Part shown: positions 12,130-23,570 of the stretch, one piece after another
Layout: each line of letters opens with the position of its first letter
How positions within the stretch are numbered: position 1 is the stretch's first letter
DNA from: Catajapyx aquilonaris
Lineage: Eukaryota
Direction of reading: 5' to 3'
DNA: 33,057 nt
NCBI GenBank assembly: GCA_000934665.2
Contig: KZ539147.1
Coordinates: forward strand, 1 to 33,057
Program-made: the position numbers and the translations under genes
The notes under the pieces: generated by a model
What the model was told of the DNA's origin: nothing
The model's input: only the letters and a program-made list of their open reading frames with translations
The model's database searches: none

Positions 12130-12360
12130 CCCCCAGTCGAATCTGTGCGTTGATAAATATTTATCGGGATATTGATGCCCGGGCGAATTACATGGCAGGC
12201 GCATTTGCCACAGTCGCTGCCCGCCACTTGCATTTGGATGGCAAATTGGCCGTTCCATCAATACCCCCCTACCAGTGTGTGAGAGTATGAGTGTGTGGGA
12301 GCGAGGGGCGGACTTGTTATCGGAATTAAACCAGTGGGCTTGCAATCCACTTCCACCCGT
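12130..12360 (+). mobile_element. Decayed LINE ORF2 fragment (RT thumb / post-RT region)
   Basis: KYL (12155-12163), frameshift, GILMPGRITWQAHL (12166-12207; cf. KYLGVxLDxRLTWxxHI), then PVCESMSVW (12272-12298; cf. PxLEYxxxVW). Confidence 0.45.
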
Positions 12361-12859
12361 AACAATACGTGTAACTTGAACCCGGATCTGATCTGCTCCA
12401 GAAAAAGTTGCTTTCTGAAATGTTATTCGGTCAGGACGTTTCAATATTGAAGAAAAAATTGGCGGCTCGATTGACTGGCGGCTCCATCAAAAATGGATCG
12501 CATGAATGGTTCCCATTTGATATTGATACAGAAGGCAGGGGATATGCGCACAAATCCGTGCCTTTTGCCACCACTTTTTCTCTCTCAATTGCTACACGCT
12601 ATTTTTGTACAAAAAGTTTGTTGTTTAATATTTGCTTCTCAGTCTTACCACCAATGAAAGCCTTAACCAGAATGATGACAACCTGCAGGAAGAGCGTGAC
12701 AAGGTGTCCGGCCATCTGTGCCCTGGCCGCAGACAGCAGAACGGCCAATTAGAAGACCGGAGAAGGGGGTGTGTTGAGGTGCCGCTTTTACAAAACGGGC
12801 TTGACAGAAAGGCTTAGCCTCTTCAGCCAATATGAAGAGAAGATTGCTTATCCAAATCC

Positions 12860-14130
12860 CCCTCCGAGTGCACTGGATAAGCGGAAATTGTGCGAACAGA
12901 GTGCCCCTCTTTTTTTTATATTCCCCCATAGATCGATATTTACATCTCTATTTTATCAGACGGCCAAAAAAAATTAAATAATTAAATCCAACATTTTCTG
13001 TGGCCAAAAACCACTCTGGCCATCTCCAACAAAACTAATAGCGAAACTTAACGCCCAGGATTCCCAAATTGAGGCCCTGGGTTTTACCCTCCCCCCCCCT
13101 CCCCAGTTTCTCTCTTCTCCCCAAGTTTTATGGACTATACACAAGCCACGATCAATATGTCGGTCCAAAAGAGAGTCGGGGGTGGTGGTAGAAGTGGTGG
13201 GTCCTCCAACTCTGGCGTCGGCGCCGTCTCCCCAATCTCTCTTCCCTCTCCCAGAGAGGAGTCACGCTAGGCCTCATGCATCTTTTATGATCCCATTGTC
13301 CTGCCTCTGGCCTGATAAATAATTTGCCGCCAAATTTGTACTTGTCCTTTGGCCCCTTCTGGATGAGTCTCGCCAGGTGCAAAACTGTTGGGGGATTCTT
13401 CCGGATATGGCCATCTATCGGCCAATGTCTTCATGGGGGCATGCTTTAAAAAAGATTCCTCCAGGGTCGTCCGCAAATTGGCCTGCAAACTGGTTCCAAA
13501 CGAGAAGCTTGTGGCTGATAATTAATTCCGCCAAGCAAGAGCAGCAGCTCGGCGGAACTCTTCGTCCTGTTTACTCCCCAAAGCCAGATCCCAACTCGCT
13601 CCAGGGGGTGAATCCAATTCCACTACCGCCCTCATGATTCGCATTAGCCTAATCTCGCCTGATAAGTCCCATTATAACTGTTTATTTACCTTTTCGCACA
13701 ACGAGCGCCGCTTCCTAATAATCGGCTTCAGGGGGGGGGAGGAACCAACCACTGCTTGCTGGGCTTGTAATAGCTACTGTAATTATTCATTTTTAGTAAC
13801 CGATTACATATTCTATAGCTAATATATCAATCAGAATGGACTCCCGATGTTCGCACCCAGGTCAATAACTGTGCGGGAAAATCCGGATATAAATTATGGC
13901 GGTGGTTCACGCCGCATGATCGATAAATTCATTTGTCGGAAATAAACGTCTAATGATGATGCGACCCTCCATCCCATTCTTGTTGTTTGTTTCACGCCCG
14001 ATCGGACACGACCCATTGCTAGGACTTGGTGCGCGTTTTGAGGCAATTCCATGGATCACCCCCGGAATCCGGATAAAATGCCCCCATTTCTCCCCACGAC
14101 CCGTTGCGATTCGGTCGCGATCAAACAAAC
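12860..14130 (-). mobile_element. Long decayed non-LTR ORF2 remnant (endonuclease end, linker, start of RT)
   Basis: Collinear on the minus strand: TNNKNGMEGR..F.TNEF (ORF 13907..14128), TVIDL (13872-13858), FLKHAPMKT (KHAPMKT at 13446-13426), YK...IR.EA..W...C...PLW (ORF 13152..13382), GKTQGL (cf. KAPG) near 13080 and SVRTIS (cf. SYRPIS) near 12890. Many stops and frameshifts. Confidence 0.4.
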
Positions 14131-15079
14131 CGATCTTTCTCTGCCGCCAACAAGCATCCAGCGGACCACCAAAATGGGGTAGTTCAAATCAGTGGCGTAT
14201 AGGCTCAAACTACCCCTAGAACCCTCCCCAAAAAAAAGTGGGGCCAAAAATGCGTATATCCATGGGGTCCTGTAACGCCTGTCGTTTTCTCTTTCTTCCC
14301 CGGCTCGTAATGGATCATGGGAATGGCTCCTGGGGGTTTGCCCATGGAGGCATTCTTCCTGGATACCACAAAAAGAATAATAAAATCGAAAAAAAGGAGA
14401 GGGTCGGCTTTGTTTCAGCAGAAGTTGGTTTGATAACCATCTGATGCATAAGTACCGCTTTCCCCGCTCTTATATAGCCCCTAAGCCTATTACTAGCAGT
14501 TGGTGGAATACAGACTTCTTTTTTTCCTGTTATTGATGTCACTTGTTGAGCAAGTTGAAAGGATGGTTTTACAAATTACACCGCTCGCTATATGGGAAAT
14601 ATCGAGATCCCTCCAGTCCGTTTTCCAACATTTATTGGGCAGTACAGTGTACTAATTACGTGGTTATATAATTACGCGGCGTTCATAAATACATCATTAC
14701 GCTTTCGTCTCCCTATATATAACGCTGAGTGCACTCGCATACTATGTAGCAGCTCCTTCTGGCCTATAGAAACTACCACACTGTAATAATCCTACATCAC
14801 ACCCTGTAAGAACAGCAATTACGCTTTATTATATTATCACACTGTATTCGTAAGCAGCGCACATGTTGCTGCAGGCGTCTTGTAAACTCCGCAAATGATG
14901 TTACTGCTAATTAAAAACAACAATCACAGTTGCTCAGTAGCACCTATATGGCAGTTTCTCGGTGTAAGCCTATTGTGTGCTCTGGCACTAAAGAAATAAT
15001 AACCAAATTAAAATAAAATCAAACCTCGATTTGTTACAAAATGTACAAAGTTTACAGCCTATAACCTGCTACAGTAACA

Positions 15080-15400
15080 GCTACTTTTGCACAGCACCTC
15101 ACTTGCCCCCCAAAAAATTGCAGATAACCCGCTTGATTTCCCACAAATCGTTGTCCCCACCAACTAACCCGACCCTTACAAAAACCGCTCAAACACTGGA
15201 AGTTTGAGCATATCCGGGGCCAAATTCCGGGTCTCCCTCTCCCGGAAAAAAATAACCCCCTCCCTCCCCCCTTCCTGCGCATTTTTGACCGGCAGCAGCT
15301 GGAGCCACTCCATTAGTCGGAATGCCCCAACCGCAAACAATCCGTAGCTCCTCCGGAAAATCCGCCCCATTATCCCTCCTGCGATGATGAGATCGCTGCG
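15080..15400 (-). mobile_element. Decayed LINE APE endonuclease N-terminal fragment
   Basis: YGLFAVG..RL (cf. IGVYAVTETHL), then frameshifted RRKGGGRGLFF...IWPR...GYL (cf. RKGGGVGxxI..WxR...YL), in ORFs 15176..15463 and 15052..15282. Confidence 0.45.
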
Positions 15401-16459
15401 GCTAACGTTCCTGCAGATCGATCGCAAAACCCCCTCGTCAATCTGGCACTTTTCATTATCCAACTTTAGCAGATCAGATGCCTAAATTATTAAATTAATA
15501 TGAAATTCGGGCTAGATTTGCAATGTGCTATGTGACACTTTGGCAGGCGCCACAAAACCGCATCGACTGTGGGGGAGAAAAAAAGGCCTGAAAGAGGAGA
15601 TAAAAGTAAAGGGTGGTAGTGGTGCCAAGTAACGATGAGTGTGTTGGTAGGAAACGAGCGTGTTCCGGGCAGCAAACTCCCGGGGCAGAAAAGCATCCGC
15701 TGGAGCAATTAAGTGCACTAGGCAGCCATAATACATCATGGCACGGCACAAAAATGGCCGCAACTTCCACTCCCTTTTGCTCAAAAAACATCAGACAGAG
15801 AGAGCCAGTTAACTTGTGCTAGGGGGGGGGGGGGGGGGGGGNCCCGGAGAACAGGGCTCCGGATTTTTCATTAGCGGCATGGGTTTTCCTCGGTACAAAC
15901 CCCTCTCGGCGGTAGCACATGAAACAGCAAAACGACTTCTGAATAAAACGCACCATCCGGATTGCGGGTTGGTACGGTGCACGCATTTTCTCCTCACTTA
16001 TTATTATTTTCAAGTGCTTAAATCTTCAATAGTGAGTTCAGCTTTAAACCAACCACTAACAATAGTTGCAACTTCCGCTTACAAAAACATGACATTCAAC
16101 TTGTTCATTCCGGTCGCCCTCAGGGAGCAGTTCAGATTTTCTATTATACCAGTGCAGTACTCTCAATTACAGCCCTGCAATATGCAATACAATTTTTTTC
16201 TTCTCCTCCGCAGCTGTCACGAGCACCTTTACGTGCGGTGAAGTATAACTGGGACAAGGTCTCGTTGTTATTCCTCAGCAAACACACGCCCGGCATTCAC
16301 TTATTCCGAACACGTTTTTCTACAGGCCTCCTTTTCCTTTTTCTTACCGTACTTTCTATCCCCTATCCTACCATAACTCGGTAACTATGTACTGGCCAGT
16401 CGTAGCCTCTCGACACCATACCAGTGACCTACACATGCCCCCCCAAACACGTGCGAAAA

Positions 16460-16640
16460 AAAATATTTCCCTCAGCATCGGTCCATTTGCATATTCTGTC
16501 GAGGGGAAAAGGCGGCTTACGATCGATCACATTCTCCGAGAGAAGTTTCCGCTCCTTTTCTTTATACCGGGGAAGGGTCCTCGAACCAAGCCCAGGCTTT
16601 CCCCTTCTTTTCTACCGCCACACTCAATTTCCATCCTCCC
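16460..16640 (+). mobile_element. Possible decayed LINE endonuclease C-terminal fragment
   Basis: ORF 16387..16647 contains PFAYSVEGKRRLTIDHIL (cf. FTY......SxIDHIL); the SDH motif is not recognisable. Confidence 0.3.
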
Positions 16641-17479
16641 CCCTTAAAATCGCTCACGCCCTGCTTTCAACTCCACCTTCACAGTACCTCACCCTCAACC
16701 TCAGGATTTTTGTTTTACTCCGCCTTCCTGAATCTAGATCAGGCTTCTCTCAGAAAAAATTTTTCCCGCACCGCTGCCTGTCATGCAAATCGACCGGGTG
16801 TCTCATAATGCAGTGTACAGGTGGCCAAATTAACGACCGACGCAAATAGCTCCGGGAGTTGCTTCATATCACACCTAAACGTGTCCAGGTAAAAAAAAAA
16901 AAGTACTGGGACAGGGTGCAAAAATCAGTTTATGACCGTAATAAATGGCACTATAAGCAAGGCTGCAAATAAGGGCGCAGCAGTAGAACGTCAAGTGGCA
17001 GCACGGATGGCTTCTTTCGCCTGAAATACGGCCTCTTAAAAAAAAAAACGTCGAAAGTCTCTGATTTCATTTTTACGACGACACAACAAACCGCGACGTG
17101 TTTGGGCGCGACTGCACGTGTCACGCGATCTGAAAGCTGCCACTTCACGTCAATTGGCGGTCAAACGCAGCGTTTTATTCTGCACATTTTTTTTCTTACA
17201 CGCACGCTTTTTTTAAAAAAGCACTGGTCACACTACCACCTCTTTCCGACCCGTCCACACACAAACGCCCGACTGCCGCCCATGATTGCCCGGGTTCCGC
17301 TCTTATGCCGTGCCACGATGCGCGCGCCTCTCAGGCCTGCCAACACAAAAAGGTGCCATATGTGCACGTGCTTCCCATGTCAATAGATGTGCCTACCAAC
17401 TACATCACCCCCCTTCGTCTCTTTTCGGGCATTGTAGAGAGGGGGGTTTGTTTAGTTGGATCAATACCTCGTGCCGGGA

Positions 17480-17800
17480 TCAAATGGGCGGAGGAGGTCA
17501 CAGGGACTGGCTGCTACCCTGCTGCCACCGGGTGTCCATTCCACCAACCCTGTATATCAACAACCACGAGCCAAATAATTTTTTCTTCTTCTTCTTCTCG
17601 GTCTAACCTTTCAACGCCTGGGATATTGGAGATTCCCTCGAATCGTCTCCTAACATCTTACACATGGCCCACACGCCTCTATCATATCTCACCCGGAGGA
17701 AGATTCCAGGCAACGAGCCAAATCTCCTCCTTCATCCCCTTACACCCACAGTTTTTACCGGGGCTTCCTTATCCTCCTCCAAACCACTAGATAGTTACAA
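17480..17800 (+). mobile_element. Possible decayed non-LTR pre-RNase H / RNase H fragment
   Basis: HPEEDSRQRAK in one frame followed by TVFTGAS (cf. VYTDAS) in ORF 17664..17873; the catalytic D is replaced by G. Confidence 0.2.
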
Positions 17801-17925
17801 CCACAGAAGCGTTATCAAAGCTGGCAAGTTGGGCTCACAAAAATATGATGAAAAATTCCCTCGCCGGTTTTGACCAACGGAGGAATTTTTTATCGTTTCC
17901 CAAGGTCTCTTGTCTCACCGTGGTA

Positions 17926-17945
17926 CACACACACACACACACACA
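17926..17945. repeat. (CA)n microsatellite, about 10 units
   Basis: An uninterrupted CA run is visible directly. Confidence 0.9.
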
Positions 17946-20900
17946 AAAAAGAGAGGGGCCCATACCTGTACCTGGCCATTGCTCTCTGAGAGAACCTGCC
18001 TTGCTGAATGCGCGTTTTGGCGCCGCTCGTGAAATTCCATTAGGTTTGTTCGCGGCAATCATTGTGAAAATGTGCGCTCACTGGAGGTATGCGCGGTACG
18101 GAGTGAAACGCGCTTTTGGTACGAGTGAGTGATTCCTGGTAAAGCTCTTTTTGAGCCTGCAAGGTAGGCTTTCAGGTCAGGCCTGTGACGCACGGGTTAC
18201 CGCACTGTCGAGGATGAACAGGGCATGAAATATATTATAAAAATTTGTTCCTACCCCCACCAGACAAAATGTAGGCTATTAGAGCAACCCGAAATCATTT
18301 CATCAGTCTGAATTAGAACCGTGCTAAACTGCAAATTACGGCACGTTCGCCCCCTGTAGGATGTTACTACTGCATGAAAACCGGTTTTTTTTGTGGAGCT
18401 CAATCAATTTCCCAGCCATTTGCATGGTGTGCAGAGGTGGAAAATGAAATTGTTTTCTGAGAGTTGGTTTTTACCTTTCAAAAAACGGCAATTGCATGAC
18501 AGGGTGGCACCATGCAACACCGTCATTTTTCTTCTCGTCACCCACTTCACATGCACAAACCTGTCAGGGAACTCAAGTGGACCAAAATGGAATGGGTGGG
18601 GAGCTAATAACCGACAACTCTGCCCAATTAAATACAGCCCTGCTAGAGAAGTAGTAGTATCTAGTTTCCTCTCGTGTATAGTTAAATATGACCAAAATAT
18701 ATGTATCTTCATCGGATGATTCGTATAACATACATTTGCATAATGAATCATTATACGACCAATAAGAGCAAACAAGCTTCCGCCTATTAGCTGCAATATT
18801 TGTGCAAATTACAATTTTAATTATTCAGTACAAACAGTACACCCTACAATGTTTGGAGTGGGTTCAGGTTCTACTGCGACTATTCTCACTCGAGTTTGTC
18901 CTCAATATTGAATATTGCCTTTAGGGGTGATTTTAGACAAATTTACTCAATCTACGAGTAAATAACGCTCGTTCTCAAGTCATTTCTATTTTCTCCTAAA
19001 AAATCCTTAAGGCCGATTTAAATGCATTTTCTGATACCTAGTTTGTTAGTGTACAACGCTGCATATTACAAAGCCTGAAGGTACACACATTGAAGAGCAA
19101 CAACAAGTAAATTGCTTCTCTTTAAACCGGTTTCTCGACTAAGCAATCCATAACTTCTTCGACAGTATATGTCATGTCACTTTTTATTTACATATTGATT
19201 CGTTTCTACTGTTGTCTCCGCCTTTTTCATCCTCACAACCCATAAACATACAACAGACTTTACGACCTATCGTATTTCCCATCAGACATGCGAGCAGGTA
19301 ATGAGCCCCCCCTTCCCCCTCAAAAAAAAAAACAACAAAATGTCCACTGTCCCCCACCCGTACTCGTCCCTCTGCAACCGTCTCCAGTCATACAGGCAAA
19401 GCTTCGTGACAATTCTATACAGCCCACCGTGCATGCAATTTACTTGCGACATTTGTTTAAGCAAATTAGCCTTTGTACTCTCCGTTAATTACACAATGTC
19501 CGCCCCGCGGAAAACCCAGATTGTAAAGATGAAAACGTCCCTCCTCCCTGCTCATTACTATTTATTCAGGACTGTCCCCCGAGTGGACACAGATTGCCAG
19601 AGTGCCTGAGATCATCCACCAACAGAGCCGTGTTTAGAAATGTGTCTGGAGGTGACAAAAATTTTCGCATTTTCTAAAAATTTAAATTTAACATCCGGAT
19701 AGCGCCAAATCTGGTGTTTAAACAAAAAAAAAATACTGATCCTGTGCCATCAGACTGCGGTCTCAGTACACACTTGGCGGTTGTGGCCACATGCGCTCCT
19801 CGCAGTCTTTGGGTTTGTCGGCCGCAGCACCGCGAGAACAAAACCTAGTCTCCGGCCACGGGAACTATCTCCCTGTCACTGCGACTAAGCTAACATTTCA
19901 ACCCTCTTGCCCACAATCCCGGAGAAATCGATGAATCGGATCCGCCCGTACTCGGAGGAGGATGAAAGATTTAATCTCCTCTCTAATGATTTCATCTCTC
20001 CGACAAGCTCGCTCTCAAATACACTCTTCGCTTTGACCGCTAAGCGACCCGGAGATTACCCTTCTTTCCTGCTACCAACTACCGATGGGATCCAGAGAAA
20101 GGACCACCAAGAGAAGAAAAAGAAGGGGAAAAAAACTGACTATTGGATCCGGAAACTTGCGTTCGGGAAACTTCGTAATGGTAACAAGAGAAAGTGGAAA
20201 AAAACTAGCTGAAGGCACACTACCTTACAAAGTGTGGTCCACTGTGTGCTTACCTGGAAAATAGACAAGGAAAATTGTTAATTGCATAATTTGCCCAAAA
20301 GGGATATAGGGACACACGATAAAATCCTTTCGGCAGATTAAACACAGAACTTGGATAAGCTCAGGTAAATATTCCTCAACCGTATCACTCGAGCACTATA
20401 GCCTACTGGTTTTTGGCATTGTGCAATAACTTTTGTCATCAACAATATCACAAATGTTTTCTTACAAATGGAGTCGGTGATGAAAGAGGAGGCTTTCTTA
20501 TATCAAATCCTCGACAAGCCATTACACAACATAATAGGCTTATATTAAAAACCTGTGGAACAGGTTTGACCAGGTTTCCAATAAAAGACACGCTCCAGAT
20601 TTCACCAGGATCGGATTTTTAGTGGAAGCTGTTCCTAATAATAGGCCTGTTCTTATTACAGGAGAATTAAAACTCTTCTTTTGGTTATTGTTGCAAAATC
20701 GTGTTTGAAAGGTGCGGATTTGCAATTTCTTCCTATTTGTGGTCGCACGAAAGTTTAGAAACCTGCATAATTCCAAAATTAATGGTCAATGATTCCCAAT
20801 TTTTAGACTTGCACATTGTTCATTGAAACTGACACTTTCATATTACTGTGTTGTAATAGTGCAGCACATACGAAGGGCAGCATGGTAAATGTGAAATTAT

Positions 20901-23049
20901 CAATTTTATTACATGTCAGTACATCATCTAAATCAAAGGCGTTATGGAAATGAAATGAAAATTATCACAAATTCCCATAGCCGCCCCTTTCAATATGAAA
21001 TACTGCCAATTGGCAACTTTCACATCCGGATTTGCCCAACTCAGGCAATACTTATAACGAAATATTACGTCTCACGTTTTAACCTAATATCATTGGTGCA
21101 CATGTCAGGAGGTAAGTTAGGTGTTCGCGTAAAATTAGATGCAATAACCCTTCGCTATTCTGTCGTAATTATTGCCATGTCATGGGTGACACAACAATAC
21201 AGCACGGTTCCTAAAAATGAACTGGTTACAACGAACATGAGAATCCAAACAACTCTCGAATCACTCTTTGTCATGTGTAATGCAATCATCGCTCGTAATT
21301 CAAAAACCCGCATTTTCTCACCGTGTTACTGACACCGTTGCAACACACGCCTGCAGAGTTTTATTCACCCAGCAGGTAGCCCAAAACCAAGATGTCAACC
21401 CAGTTGATTTTAGCCCTCACAATTTTGAAAGCCCAGCCCAGTCAGCCATTTCAGCGCGCCCTCAAAACAGCGGTATACAAGAATGGCATGCAGTAAACTA
21501 TCAATCGTCCCATAACAATACTTCCTGCCTCATCATACACTTGTAATCGATAAACAGCCATCAACGTGGTTTAGTTTGCACCATAGGCAGCAGACCGCAG
21601 TTACATGTATCCATCCCCATGGGTGTGGGTGTATGTGTGTATGCACCGAGGTCGGAGTTGGAAGCAAAAACTGGGCCCGTATTCAACTCGTTGAAAATGG
21701 AATCACATGCCAACATAATGTGCTTGTCATAATGAGATTTCCGCCACAAAGGGTAATTACCCTTGCCTATGTGGTGACATGCAGTTGTCTACATGTCGCG
21801 TGAGGAAATAGGCTAATGGAGCGCTGCCCGGTGACAAAACAAATGCCGCTACAAACAGCCGTGTCGCGATTGTTCACTACCAGTCCGGTGACAACCCGCG
21901 CAACCTTTGACCCCCACAAACAAACGGAATATTTCGGGTTGTCGCACAATCGACAATTCGGCATTAATCACGGGTAAGCCCTGCATTTTTATTCGGAAGC
22001 CGTACAACCCGGTGTGTTCATATTGTCAGCAACCTGACACGCGTTGTCGCCTGTTTAGCGATTAAGTCCGCATAAGCTGCATTTCATCCCCGCACGCGGC
22101 TCTTCCTAACTGCATGTCCCGCGCTGTGTTACGATGACAATTTGCGGTTAACGCCCACACAATGCCATTTTTTTTTCTGCGTGTGCACCGGTACGGATGA
22201 AAACTGCTGCTGCGCACACACGTACGCGATGAAACCCCCTGCCAGGTAAGTCATGACTTTTTTGTGCCCGTCAACATAACAGACCGGAGGACCCGTGGAA
22301 CACGTCCAGTTTCTTTGGCATGTAGCATGGGGTGCACAACATGCCCGCCGGCCAAAGCAACAAAAATCAAAATATGTAGAACAAGCGGACACCCGACCCC
22401 AGCGACCATTTTAATATTTATTCACCCCACGCCTATTAAATACCCATATCCCACTTACTGCCAGAAATACTGTATTCTGCCTAATATGTTCCCCCGCATA
22501 TCAAAAAATTATGTTCATTTTATTTATTCACTCCTCAGTGTTCGTGTAATTTAATTATGGACAGTGATTTTTCAGCCTATCTGAATTCTATGTTCGCATC
22601 TTTTCAGTGGTGACAAACCAATTGCATAGCCATGAATGGAATTCATTTCCTTTGTGCACACCCTGTCTGCAATACCCTCACACACAAAAAAAAGGTGCGC
22701 ATCAAAGGGCGTGCACAGTTATATACCTAGTGAGAAAAACGCAGCAGGCTCCTAAATTCCGCCAGGATACGAGTTTTCGGATCGTTTCAGCGGCCGCTGC
22801 CCTCCAATTGAGTCTTCCCCCGAAAGAGTTATTTACAGCAGCTTCCATCCGATTTAACCCGACGGCCCACTTTAATTGGCACATTCAGATTAATCCTCCT
22901 CTTTTTTTTAAGCCATTAAAAAAACCTGAAGGCCTTCCCCCCTTTTTTCTTAAAAAAATAAAATAAAAAAAAGGTGGGTCACCAGCATTATTACATGTAT
23001 GTGACCCAGCCACCTACCTCCCTGCATCCGAAAAAGGGTCAACCGGTCC

Positions 23050-23570
23050 GTTACCACGTACAAGGCGGAGGAATTCTCATTTCCTCTCGCTCTCAGGCCG
23101 GGCCATTATGGTCGGAATGAATTTGTAACGAAGTGCTGTTGCAAGTGGATCGACATGGCCAATTGATTTTTCCCAGCGTGTCCCATCTGTATTGATTCTG
23201 CAGCTCCGGGGGGAAAGGAGGAAAGTGGCGGGTAGCTTCTCTTCTGCCTGCCTCCCCAAAAAAATACCTCCCCACCCACGCCAACTGCCAAAAGCTGGGT
23301 TACAATACCCCCACACGTCAAAGGTGCGGTAAAAAAATCAATTCGATATAAAATTTCGGATCCATTTCCATGGAAGAAGAAAAAAAAAAATCCATCAATA
23401 TACAGGATGGGGAAAGTCAGATAAGCTTCCCAAGATGCTGTGCAAGTGCCCGAAGGAAGCGTTATCACACGGGGCCGTTGGAGCTAATTAGTTGGCGAAG
23501 TAGGTCTATAAATCCTGGAACTGGTTCCAGGCTAAGACCGACGAATATTTCCCTTCCCTCGTTAGCCAAC
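23050..23570 (+). mobile_element. Decayed LINE APE endonuclease domain, most of its length
   Basis: Motifs in the expected order: GGGILI (23064-23081), HAN..(W/L)GY...GKKI (~23278-23340), INIQDG..ISF (cf. LNxG..PTF), and W......GSRLRPTNI (GSRLRPTNI at 23523-23549; cf. GSDHxPIxI). Stops and frameshifts are present. Confidence 0.45.

Noticed and set aside
12643..12703. Candidate coding exon (LTTNESLNQNDDNLQEERDK) after a pyrimidine-rich AG
   Set aside because: The donor is weak (AAG|GTGTCC), there is no recognisable homology and no supporting neighbouring exons.
5246..14808. Tc1/mariner-like TIR ends TACAGGGTG (5246) and CACCCTGTA (14800; another at 32297)
   Set aside because: Complementarity stops after 9 bp, the ends are far apart and no transposase lies between; at most orphan ends.
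15816..16241. 141-aa ORF
   Set aside because: It starts in a poly-G/N gap and has no recognisable domain or coding-like composition.
17305..17790. 161-aa ORF as a host gene
   Set aside because: No recognisable family; the weak element-like motifs are split across three frames, which fits decayed repeat sequence.
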